A stretch of DNA of 25,258 bases. Source: a virus (lineage: Duplodnaviria; Caudoviricetes). Location of the stretch: positions 1-25,258 of the IMG/VR virus record IMGVR_UViG_3300032289_002199. One strand, 5' to 3'. The notes beneath the pieces are model-generated. The model was not told where the DNA came from. It ran no database searches and saw nothing but the letters and a program-made list of their open reading frames with translations. Position numbers and translations under genes: made by a program. Numbering within the stretch: the first letter of the stretch is position 1; each line of letters starts with the position of its first letter. This document shows, in pieces, positions 1-8,531 of this stretch.

Positions 1-735
1 AAGAAAGCCCTTGAATTAATTGAGAAAGGATTATCATCAGGAACAGTTTATAAATTAACTGAATCTCAGATTAATGATCTACATTCTAAATTAGTGTCTG
101 AAGTTACTATGGTTTCAAAGAGCGATAGTGATACAATTAACAGATTGAAGACCGAGAAAAAACCTTTTGAGGTTTATGAAAAGGAGATGAAAGAAGACCA
201 AGAAGATTCTATGGATTTTGAAAAGGGAGCGAGAAGCCAAGACCCTAAACAAGTTGGTCCATCAAGCAATGATGGTTTCGATAATTACGGAGATGGTACT
301 GGTGAGTTTAATGAGTCTAAAACTAAAACTAACGCATATGCTATTTGTCATTCCCAAGTAGGACCAAAAAAGTCGAGAAAATGGCAAAGATGTGTCAAAG
401 CGGTAGAAAAACAATTGAAGGAAGGAAAAAATCCCGTATCTTTGTTTATAGAAAACAAAATTATGGATATAGTATCAAAACACATACCAGCAAAAATGAC
501 GAAGGGTGATTTATTAAGATATGTTAATGAAGATAGTCCTGCAGTTGCACCAAGTAAGCCCAAAACAAATCCGGGAACAAAACCAGGGAAACCAGCAACG
601 AGACCACAGAAACCTGGTCATCCATTAAAGAATCCAAACCCAGGTGAAAAACCAGCTCCCAAAGCTTCTAAGAAATCACATGAAGAAGCAAAAGATGAGG
701 TTTTAGATTTAATAGTTCAAATTTTAAATAAATAA
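1..735 (+). CDS. Hypothetical, probably virion/head-associated protein; 5'-truncated by the window
   Basis: Frame 1 is open from base 1 (KKALELIEKG...KLTESQINDL) into the listed 94..735 ORF. Contains a two-Cys module (NAYAIC...WQRCV) and a Pro/Lys-rich tail (PKTNPGTKPGKP). Confidence 0.7.
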   Translation, partial: KKALELIEKGLSSGTVYKLTESQINDLHSKLVSEVTMVSKSDSDTINRLKTEKKPFEVYEKEMKEDQEDSMDFEKGARSQDPKQVGPSSNDGFDNYGDGTGEFNESKTKTNAYAICHSQVGPKKSRKWQRCVKAVEKQLKEGKNPVSLFIENKIMDIVSKHIPAKMTKGDLLRYVNEDSPAVAPSKPKTNPGTKPGKPATRPQKPGHPLKNPNPGEKPAPKASKKSHEEAKDEVLDLIVQILNK

Positions 736-737
736 TC

Positions 738-2057
738 ATGGCAAAAAGAGTTAGAGAACAGATAGATTACGGTAATAGACCTGAAAGAATGGATCCTAAT
801 TTGGAAAGAAAATTAAGTGATCCTGAAAGTTTGTACGGTAAAAATCCTGCAATGAAGAAAGGGGCAGCTGATGTGGAAAGATTGGTTAGTGCAAGATTTA
901 AAAAAGTTGCGGATAAATTAAAACAATCGGCAAATATTCAGGATTTAAGTCCTCGTACAGTACAAGCTCTTTACATGCAAATGATGTCAAGACTCCCTTA
1001 CATTATGGAAATTGAGGCCGCCAATAAACAGGAACTTGAACAATTGGCGATAGATGCATCATTAGATGAAACTCAAGTACCTGAAGGATGGGTTGATATT
1101 CAAGCTAATTTAGGTGCTCCAATTGATGTTTCTAATTTTAGATATCAACCTGAGGAACCAAAAGATGATGAGGAAGACGAAGAAGAAAAAAAAGAAAAGT
1201 TAAAGTTATCTTCGTTTGATATTGATGAGTTAACGGATGAAGAACAATTAGAGTTAGAAAAACACAAGAGAAATATTATTAACGCAATAATTCAGGGAGC
1301 TGCGAAAAGAGGACATTATATTTTTCAAAAGCCAAATATAAAAAGAGCGTTGGACAGAATCGATCCACAATTATTCCCTCTTTATTTAGCGATAATGGCG
1401 GTTAATGACTACATGTATTTCACTCAAGAACAAATGATTGAAATGATGAGTCAGACTGGACAAGGAGTTGCGGGTAAAGTAGAATTAGATCCTGAAGGAG
1501 AAGAAGGTGAAGAAGGTGAAGAAGGAGAAGAAGGTGAAGAAGGTGGTGGAGAAATTGATACTGTGATTAAAGCTGACGGATTAATATTCCCAATCTTATG
1601 TCATGAAATTATAAAAGGTATTGAAGAATCAAAAGCGAGACACGGATTACCAAAGGAACCTGGAATGCGTCAAAAAGTACAAGGGCAAGTTGATACGTTG
1701 GCTAATGAACCAATGCAACTTAGAATTGGACCTGAGATTGTCGAAAAAATTAGATTTTCTTTACCTGACCAAATGTTTGATGATGATAACAGGGGTCTAA
1801 TAAACTGGTTCCATATCTTGTTATACCAAATTGATGCAGCTGAATTCTTAGAAATTATCGGTAATGCAATTTCTGATGAAAAATCTAAAAACAAAAAAGC
1901 AACTGAAAGATTTGAAGAAATCATGAAGGAAGCTTTGCAGATGAAAAGCGAGTTCGAAGATTATCAAGAGGAAAACGACATTGAACCAACTGATGAGGAC
2001 GACGATGAAGGACTTGATGACTTCTTAGGAAGTTTAGGTATATCGAGACCTAAATAA
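738..2057 (+). CDS. Acidic hypothetical protein immediately upstream of the large terminase
   Basis: 439-aa ORF, tightly packed between neighbours, with Glu/Asp-rich tracts; no family recognised. Confidence 0.75.
   Translation: MAKRVREQIDYGNRPERMDPNLERKLSDPESLYGKNPAMKKGAADVERLVSARFKKVADKLKQSANIQDLSPRTVQALYMQMMSRLPYIMEIEAANKQELEQLAIDASLDETQVPEGWVDIQANLGAPIDVSNFRYQPEEPKDDEEDEEEKKEKLKLSSFDIDELTDEEQLELEKHKRNIINAIIQGAAKRGHYIFQKPNIKRALDRIDPQLFPLYLAIMAVNDYMYFTQEQMIEMMSQTGQGVAGKVELDPEGEEGEEGEEGEEGEEGGGEIDTVIKADGLIFPILCHEIIKGIEESKARHGLPKEPGMRQKVQGQVDTLANEPMQLRIGPEIVEKIRFSLPDQMFDDDNRGLINWFHILLYQIDAAEFLEIIGNAISDEKSKNKKATERFEEIMKEALQMKSEFEDYQEENDIEPTDEDDDEGLDDFLGSLGISRPK
1494..1544 (+). repeat. In-frame 9-bp tandem repeat GAAGGWGAA x5 plus a partial copy, encoding (EGE)n
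   Basis: Read directly; translates as PEGEEGEEGEEGEEGEEGGG. Confidence 0.9.
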
Positions 2058-2063
2058 GTCACT

Positions 2064-3818
2064 GTGACAAAAGAACAATTAATTATTGAAGCTACGAAGT
2101 GTATGAAAAACACTCCGTATGCCATGAGAACATACCTTCAAACGTTTGACAATACGGTGAAAAAGTATGTTCCTTTGGATTTATTCCCTGACCAAGTTAC
2201 ATTGGTTGAAGATTACGACAACTTTAACGAAAATATTGCCCTAAAATATAGACAAGCGGGTGTATCGACGGTAACTGCTGCTTGGGCTTCGAAAAGACTT
2301 GTATTTGCAAAAAAGAATAACCCCGAAAAGGTTCTTATTATTGCCAACAAACTTGACACCGCAGTTGAGTTTGCCAATAAAGTTAGATCATTCACTGAAC
2401 AATGGCCTTCGTGGGTTGGTGCAGGATTCTCTCCTGACAAAAACGCCGCTCGACATTTTAAACTTATAAATGGATGTGAAGTTAAAGCCGTTGCAACTTC
2501 AAAGGATGCCTTACGTGGATATACTCCAACAATATTAATTTTTGATGAAGCCGCCTACATTGAAGCCGATGATGACTTTTGGGCTGCCTGTATGGCCTCA
2601 CTATCTACGGGTGGTAAGGTTATTGTAATTTCTACACCAAATGGATACGATCCGATTTATTATGAAATCTACGATCAAGCGCTCAGAAAGATGAACACGT
2701 TCAATATCACTGAGATGTTTTGGTTTAAAGATCCAAGATACAATAAAGATTTACAGATGATTAAAACCGAAGATCTTATTGAATATCTTTTAAATCGAGA
2801 AAATTACCCTGACACAGAGATAGTTGATCTTACGGTTGAAAATCCATATGAGAGAGATTACACGATTGTAAGTGAATATTTGGATAAAGGATTTAAACCT
2901 TATTCGACATGGTTCGAGGGAATGGTTAAAAAACTTAAGTATGATAAGAGAAAAGTTGCACAGGAATTAGAGTGTAACTTCTTGGGATCGGGTGATAATG
3001 TGTTTGATGCCAACCAATTGATGAGAATCAAAGAAAACGACATCAAAGAACCAGATGGAAAGATGATGGCTGGTAATTTGTGGATATGGAAAGAACCTGT
3101 ATTAACACACAAGTATATTATGGGTATTGACGTATCTAGAGGTGATTCAGAGGACTTCTCATGTATTGTAATCATAGACTTCGACGATAGAGAACAAGTG
3201 TTTGAATACGTCGGAAAACTACCACCAGATACATTGGCGGAAATTGCATTTAAGTGGGGTAATATGTATAATGCTTTTGCCGTTACGGATTTAACAGGAG
3301 GTATGGGTGTTGCAACAGCAAGAAAACTACAAGAGTTAGGATATAAGAATTTATACGTTGAGGGTGTTACCGACAAAAACAAATATAAATGGGATCCCAA
3401 AAGAGATGAAAAAATACCGGGAATTAATTTTAATAACAAACGTGTTCAAATTATTGCTGCATTTGAAGAGGCACTAAGACATGATTTTAAAATTAGATCG
3501 TCAAGGTTATTGAATGAAATGGGTAAATTCATATATGTTCATGGAAGACCCGATCACCAAAAAGGACATCATGACGATTTGATTATGGCGATATCTATGG
3601 CAATTTATGTCGGAGATACTTCATTCCAAAGTTTATCCAAAGTTGTAAGTCAAACAAAGGTCATGATTGATGCATGGCATACAAGTGTTAGCGAAAATAA
3701 AAATAGAGCTGACTTTTTTAATCCTATGATACCTGCAGGTGGAACAAATAGTGGAAGGTATCCATCAGAAGCAACAAAAAGCGATTATCAAAAGTATTTA
3801 TGGTTATTCGGGAAGTAA
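2064..3818 (+). CDS. terL: Terminase large subunit (T4 gp17-like), GTG start
   Basis: Q-motif LFPDQ, Walker A-like KYRQAGVST, Walker B ILIFDEAAY, coupling motif ISTPNG, RNase H-like nuclease motifs MGIDVSRG and HHDDLIMA; adjacent to portal. Confidence 0.95.
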   Translation: MTKEQLIIEATKCMKNTPYAMRTYLQTFDNTVKKYVPLDLFPDQVTLVEDYDNFNENIALKYRQAGVSTVTAAWASKRLVFAKKNNPEKVLIIANKLDTAVEFANKVRSFTEQWPSWVGAGFSPDKNAARHFKLINGCEVKAVATSKDALRGYTPTILIFDEAAYIEADDDFWAACMASLSTGGKVIVISTPNGYDPIYYEIYDQALRKMNTFNITEMFWFKDPRYNKDLQMIKTEDLIEYLLNRENYPDTEIVDLTVENPYERDYTIVSEYLDKGFKPYSTWFEGMVKKLKYDKRKVAQELECNFLGSGDNVFDANQLMRIKENDIKEPDGKMMAGNLWIWKEPVLTHKYIMGIDVSRGDSEDFSCIVIIDFDDREQVFEYVGKLPPDTLAEIAFKWGNMYNAFAVTDLTGGMGVATARKLQELGYKNLYVEGVTDKNKYKWDPKRDEKIPGINFNNKRVQIIAAFEEALRHDFKIRSSRLLNEMGKFIYVHGRPDHQKGHHDDLIMAISMAIYVGDTSFQSLSKVVSQTKVMIDAWHTSVSENKNRADFFNPMIPAGGTNSGRYPSEATKSDYQKYLWLFGK

Positions 3819-3856
3819 TCTATTTAATATTTCCACGAAACAAATAGAATTGTAAC

Positions 3857-5689
3857 ATGAGTGAAAAGAACCTAACGGTCTGGCAAAGATTATCCCAAGC
3901 TTTTGGTCCTAATTCTCTTTTGAATCAAGATTATCCTACGCTGAAATTTGATAAGAAAGAGTTATTAAGAACCCAAGATAAGGAACAGTATGAGCGTGAA
4001 AAACTTCAGGCGCAACAAACCTTTTATCTGTCCAACCAATGGGCGAAAGTTGAGAATAATATGTATTCTCAAGCGGTTTACTATGAACCAACAAGACTTG
4101 CATCAGTTTATGATTATGAGTCGATGGAGTATACTCCTGAAATTTCTGCCGCGTTAGATATCTACGCTGAAGAATCTACAACAACAAATGAAGATGGATT
4201 TATATTACAAATTTATTCTGAGTCAAAAAGAATAAAAGGTGTATTAGCCGATTTATTTAACAATACGATGGATGTTAACACTAACTTAGCGATGTGGACA
4301 AGAAACACATGTAAGTATGGTGATAATTTTGTGTATCTCAAATTAGACCCTGAAAAAGGTGTTGTTGGTGTACAACAATTACCGAACATTGAAATTGAAA
4401 GGGTTGAGGCAGGTATGCACGAAAGAAGAGCTCAATCTATTGAAAACCCAACAGAACACAAAGCACTTCATTTTACTTGGAAGAATAAAAACATGGAGTT
4501 TCAATCATGGGAAATTGCTCACTTTAGATTATTAGGTGACGACAGAAAACTTCCATACGGAACATCTATGTTGGAAAAGGCAAGAAGAATATGGAAACAA
4601 TTATTGTTATCTGAAGATGCAATGTTAATCTATAGAACATCAAGAGCACCTGAAAGAAGAATTTTCAAAGTGTTTGTTGGTAATATGGAAGATGCAGATG
4701 TTGAAGCTTACGTACAACGTGTTGCAAACAAATTCAAAAGAGATCAGGTTGTTGATCAAAAAACAGGTAATGTTGATATGAGATTTAATCAGATGGCAGT
4801 TGACCAAGATTATTTCGTACCTGTTAGAGATCCGGCAGCTCCAAGTCCAATTGATACATTACCAGGAGCTCAGAACTTAGCCGAAATTGCGGACATTGAA
4901 TATATCCAAAAGAAACTTTTGACCGCACTTCGTGTACCTAAAGCTTTCTTAGGTTTTGAGGACGTTGTTGGTGATGGAAAAAATTTAGCTTTACAAGATA
5001 TTCGATTTGCCAGAACTATTAATAGAATTCAAAAGAGTATGTTAGCAGAACTTAATAAAGTTGCTATCATCCACTTATTCTTATTAGGTTTTGAAGAGGA
5101 GATTGAAAACTTTACACTTGGATTAACAAACCCTTCTACTCAAGCCGATTTATTGAAGATCGATGTTTGGAAAGAGAAAGTGTTACTATACAAAGACGCA
5201 GTTTCAGACCCTGGAAATGGTATACAACCTGTATCTTCTACTTGGGCTAAAAAACACATTCTTGGATTCTCCGACGAAGAAATTAAAGTTGATTTACAAC
5301 AACAAAGAATTGAAAAGGCTGTTGGTGAAGAACTTAAAAATACTCCAGCGGTTATTCAAAAGACAGGAATATTTGATAATATAGATAAGTTGTATGGAAC
5401 CGTTTCAGGTTCAACAGCATCAGGAGCAACTCCTGAAGGTGAAGTAACAGAACCGTTAGGAGGAGGATTCCCTACACCACCTGCAGGAGGTGAAGAATTA
5501 CCACCAAGTCCTGAAGAGGCACCTGCGGGAGAAACACCACCTGAAACAGTACCAGAATCTCGTTTCGCTAATATGAATATTTTGTTAGATAATGATATGA
5601 TTAAAGGTCGAGATATTTTAGATTTGAGTCAAGGTCAACAATTTTTAGGTGAAATGGAAAAAGAATTGGATGCCTTATTAAATTCCTAA
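3857..5689 (+). CDS. Portal protein (T4 gp20-like)
   Basis: YGTSMLEKARRIWKQL, EDAMLIYRTSRAPERRIFKVFVGNM, IDTLPG and LRVPKAFL match gp20-type portal motifs; lies between TerL and the protease. Confidence 0.93.
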   Translation: MSEKNLTVWQRLSQAFGPNSLLNQDYPTLKFDKKELLRTQDKEQYEREKLQAQQTFYLSNQWAKVENNMYSQAVYYEPTRLASVYDYESMEYTPEISAALDIYAEESTTTNEDGFILQIYSESKRIKGVLADLFNNTMDVNTNLAMWTRNTCKYGDNFVYLKLDPEKGVVGVQQLPNIEIERVEAGMHERRAQSIENPTEHKALHFTWKNKNMEFQSWEIAHFRLLGDDRKLPYGTSMLEKARRIWKQLLLSEDAMLIYRTSRAPERRIFKVFVGNMEDADVEAYVQRVANKFKRDQVVDQKTGNVDMRFNQMAVDQDYFVPVRDPAAPSPIDTLPGAQNLAEIADIEYIQKKLLTALRVPKAFLGFEDVVGDGKNLALQDIRFARTINRIQKSMLAELNKVAIIHLFLLGFEEEIENFTLGLTNPSTQADLLKIDVWKEKVLLYKDAVSDPGNGIQPVSSTWAKKHILGFSDEEIKVDLQQQRIEKAVGEELKNTPAVIQKTGIFDNIDKLYGTVSGSTASGATPEGEVTEPLGGGFPTPPAGGEELPPSPEEAPAGETPPETVPESRFANMNILLDNDMIKGRDILDLSQGQQFLGEMEKELDALLNS

Positions 5690-5713
5690 TATTTATTAAA
5701 AAAATAAGTCCCA

Positions 5714-6412
5714 ATGACATTCGGAGAAGTAAAATCCATAATAGAAGAGAGTTTAATTGAGTCGTACAAAGACCAAAAAAATTTTAAAAAGGTGATGAAC
5801 GAGTTTCATCAAAACGTGCTGACTAATAAATCAATCTCAAAACTATATTCTTTATATGATGATTTAACATCAGAGAAAGGTATGTCCGAATCTGACGCCA
5901 AAGAATATTTGGAAGAAGGGATTAAATTAATTCAAACAATCTTAGGTTCTTCGAAATTACCTAAGTTTAGTTCAAAGACTATCAATAACAAATATTCTGA
6001 TTTAGATAATATCGTTTATACTAAAACTTTGAATATTTCTGAAAGAATTCAATCTAAGAAAAATCTTGTAGATACATTAAAAAGATCACCTAATAAAGTT
6101 AACGAATCAATTAATATTCCATTAAAGTCTATGGTTAGTGTTGCTAATCAAACTTTAAAAAGTTATATTGATACAATGGATGAAAATACTAAAAAAGATT
6201 TTCTAAAAGTTGTTAAAGGTAACCCGAAAGATTTGGAGACAGAATTTACAACTATAAAAGAAAGTGCAATAACAAAGCTACAAACTATTTTAGAGGGAGA
6301 AAGTGAATTCGAATTGAAATCAAAAATTTCTGAAACTATTGATAAAATCAAAGGAGAAGAATTCAATCAAATGAACTATGTTAGAATTAGTTCCTTGGAA
6401 AAATCCATCTAA
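5714..6412 (+). CDS. Hypothetical helical protein in the head module
   Basis: 232-aa ORF preceded by TATTTAT (5690-5696); no recognisable family. Confidence 0.75.
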   Translation: MTFGEVKSIIEESLIESYKDQKNFKKVMNEFHQNVLTNKSISKLYSLYDDLTSEKGMSESDAKEYLEEGIKLIQTILGSSKLPKFSSKTINNKYSDLDNIVYTKTLNISERIQSKKNLVDTLKRSPNKVNESINIPLKSMVSVANQTLKSYIDTMDENTKKDFLKVVKGNPKDLETEFTTIKESAITKLQTILEGESEFELKSKISETIDKIKGEEFNQMNYVRISSLEKSI

Positions 6413-6594
6413 CCTTTTCTCATTCTTTCTGAGTAGATTGCTTTTAATTTTTGTGTTCTCTTTTTGACTGACGGCTTCACAAATTCTTTTCTTTCAAAAA
6501 GTATTTTTTGTTGTTTTGTTTTAATAACTTTAGACTTAAGAGTTTTTAATGCTCTTTCTATATTTTCATTTTTTCCAATTTCTACAATAATCAT
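6409..6594 (-). CDS. rpsU: Phage-encoded 30S ribosomal protein bS21
   Basis: 61-aa basic protein with bS21 hallmarks ENIERALK and RKEFVKPSVKKR, plus C-terminal KAIY (Tyr54) as in Bacteroidia bS21. Confidence 0.9.
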   Translation of the reverse strand: MIIVEIGKNENIERALKTLKSKVIKTKQQKILFERKEFVKPSVKKRTQKLKAIYSERMRKG

Positions 6595-6624
6595 AATATT
6601 AAATATATTTTAGATTCGTCATTT

Positions 6625-6656
6625 TTTGACTAATGGTATAAAATTTTTTATGTTTA
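6625..6656 (+). promoter_or_regulatory. Putative Bacteroidota-type -33/-7 promoter for the 6691 gene
   Basis: TTTG (6625-6628), 20-nt spacer, TATGTTTA (6649-6656; one mismatch to TAnnTTTG). Confidence 0.45.
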
Positions 6657-6690
6657 TACAAACAACTAAACTTTTATAACATGAAACATA

Positions 6691-7155
6691 ATGAAGAAAG
6701 GAAAAACGTCGAGAATAAATAATTTCGAATCCTTAAAAGTTAATTTTGGAACTGTGGATTCCAAAACACTAAAATCAATTTACATAAACATACAATCATG
6801 GGTCAATCCCAAAATATCATCAGACAATTGGAATCGAATTGTTTGTAACCTTAGTAGAGAAATAAAACATTCAGTATACAATAATCTTGATAGAAACTTA
6901 TATGAAGAAAAAACAATAGTAGATCTTGATCTTAGAACCAGTGGAATTGTGTACGGTAAAAAATCCTTCCTCAATTTAGAAATTAATCTTTTCACTATAT
7001 CAGAATTAGATTTCAAGTCTACACAAGTTAAAGACTCTATCAAAAAAATCGTACAAAAAATCAATAATGAAAACTTTAATAATAATTCTTATTTTGATTT
7101 TACACTAACAAAAAACGGAAATATTAACAAATCAGAGCCGCAAGTATATTTATAG
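6691..7155 (+). CDS. Hypothetical protein
   Basis: 154-aa ORF divergent from bS21; no family recognised. Confidence 0.75.
   Translation: MKKGKTSRINNFESLKVNFGTVDSKTLKSIYINIQSWVNPKISSDNWNRIVCNLSREIKHSVYNNLDRNLYEEKTIVDLDLRTSGIVYGKKSFLNLEINLFTISELDFKSTQVKDSIKKIVQKINNENFNNNSYFDFTLTKNGNINKSEPQVYL
7147..7153 (+). promoter_or_regulatory. TATTTAT motif (putative late promoter) before the prohead protease
   Basis: 13 nt upstream of the ATG at 7167. The same oriented motif precedes the genes starting at 5714, 8171, 8532, 12409, 13654, 14683, 17446 and 21431. Confidence 0.55.
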
Positions 7156-7166
7156 AAAAAGTTTAA

Positions 7167-7886
7167 ATGAAAGAATTACGTATACTTGGTCCTAATGAAT
7201 CAGGAAAAGGAATTTTGATTGAAATGGACGCGGGATATGTTTCTCCTACGGACATACTTAATGAATCTGTGTTTAAAGAGAGTAACATGTTGGACTATAA
7301 AAAACCCTTTGAATTCTACGCGGTTTTACAGAAATATAATACGCCCAACAGAAACGGAAGATTTTACCCTGAAAGAATATTGAAGAGAGAAGCGGATAGA
7401 TATAAAAAAACTATATCTAAAGGTTTATCAACATCAGAACTAAATCACCCTGAATCTTCTTTGATTGATCTTGATAGAGTTGCTCATATTATCACCGATA
7501 TTTGGTGGGAAGGAAATATCTTAATGGGTAAATTGAAATTATTAACATCGCCAGGATTTCATGAGAGCGGTATCGTGTCAACTAAAGGAGATATTGCTGC
7601 TAACTTAATGAGACAAGGGGTTACCATGGGAGTATCATCAAGAGGCGTAGGATCTCTAAAAAAGGTGGGTGAAAGAAATGAAGTACAAGATGATTTCGAA
7701 TTGATTTGTTTTGATTTGGTATCGTCTCCGTCAACACCAGGAGCATATTTGTTCCCTAATCCTGAAGACAGATTAAAATATGAAGAAAATTTAGATGAAG
7801 AAAAAATAATGTCAGGTTCGGTTCAAGGAGACACAGGTAAGTCTATTGATTTAATGAAAAAATTATCCGACTATTTGAGTAAATAA
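7167..7886 (+). CDS. Prohead core protease (T4 gp21-like)
   Basis: NRNGRFYP, ELNHP (catalytic His), GVSSRGVGS (catalytic Ser), FDLVSSPSTPGA. Confidence 0.93.
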   Translation: MKELRILGPNESGKGILIEMDAGYVSPTDILNESVFKESNMLDYKKPFEFYAVLQKYNTPNRNGRFYPERILKREADRYKKTISKGLSTSELNHPESSLIDLDRVAHIITDIWWEGNILMGKLKLLTSPGFHESGIVSTKGDIAANLMRQGVTMGVSSRGVGSLKKVGERNEVQDDFELICFDLVSSPSTPGAYLFPNPEDRLKYEENLDEEKIMSGSVQGDTGKSIDLMKKLSDYLSK

Positions 7887-7892
7887 AACATT

Positions 7893-8102
7893 ATGGACGA
7901 AAAATATTTTGTAGCAAAAATTACTTACGATTTACCTGATGAAAATTCCGGTAAAATCAAAAAGATTAGAGAAGAAAAACTTGTTAAAGGTTTTTCAGTT
8001 ACCGATGTAGAATCTAAGGTGACTAAGAAGTATGAAGGTTTCTCACATGAGTGGAGAATAACCTCAGTATCTGAAAGTAAAATTGACGAAGTAATTGATT
8101 AA
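7893..8102 (+). CDS. Small protein resembling DUF4494 (Bacteroidota and their phages)
   Basis: Pattern YFVAKITY...GKIKKIREEKLV...SVTDVESKV...ITSVSESKIDEV resembles the DUF4494 N-terminal half as recalled; not searched. Confidence 0.55.
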   Translation: MDEKYFVAKITYDLPDENSGKIKKIREEKLVKGFSVTDVESKVTKKYEGFSHEWRITSVSESKIDEVID

Positions 8103-8114
8103 AAAAAAAAGAAT

Positions 8115-8141
8115 AAAGTGGTCTGAGACCACTTTTTTTTT
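8115..8141 (+). terminator. Intrinsic terminator
   Basis: AAAGTGGTC-TGA-GACCACTTT hairpin running into a 9-T tract. Confidence 0.85.
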
Positions 8142-8170
8142 GTCTGGATATATTTATAGATTAAAAGAAT

Positions 8171-8482
8171 ATGAATATATTAATATCAAACAACGACGTA
8201 AATAAGGTTATTCAAAACAGTACAATCCTTGAAGGAATTACCGCAGCTACGTCATTAGGTTTAACACAATACAGTGTTAGCCCATTATCAGTATCCAATG
8301 TTGTAGTTAACAACGAATTAGGACAAGGATATGCTTTAACTCTAAATCAGAATTCAACAGATACTAAATACTTAGTATTTGATACATCTACAAACAATGT
8401 TTTGTCATGGGTTGATACTAATTACCCATCAGCAACTATTGTAAATTTCTCGAAAACAACGTGGTCATTATACACAATTTAA
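8171..8482 (+). CDS. Hypothetical Asn/Ser/Thr-rich protein, possible capsid accessory
   Basis: 103 aa, few charged residues, TATTTAT at 8151-8157, located between the protease and scaffold genes. Confidence 0.65.
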   Translation: MNILISNNDVNKVIQNSTILEGITAATSLGLTQYSVSPLSVSNVVVNNELGQGYALTLNQNSTDTKYLVFDTSTNNVLSWVDTNYPSATIVNFSKTTWSLYTI

Positions 8483-8531
8483 TTTTTTTCCATTTGGATA
8501 CTATTTATTAGGATAAAATAATAATTTTTCT

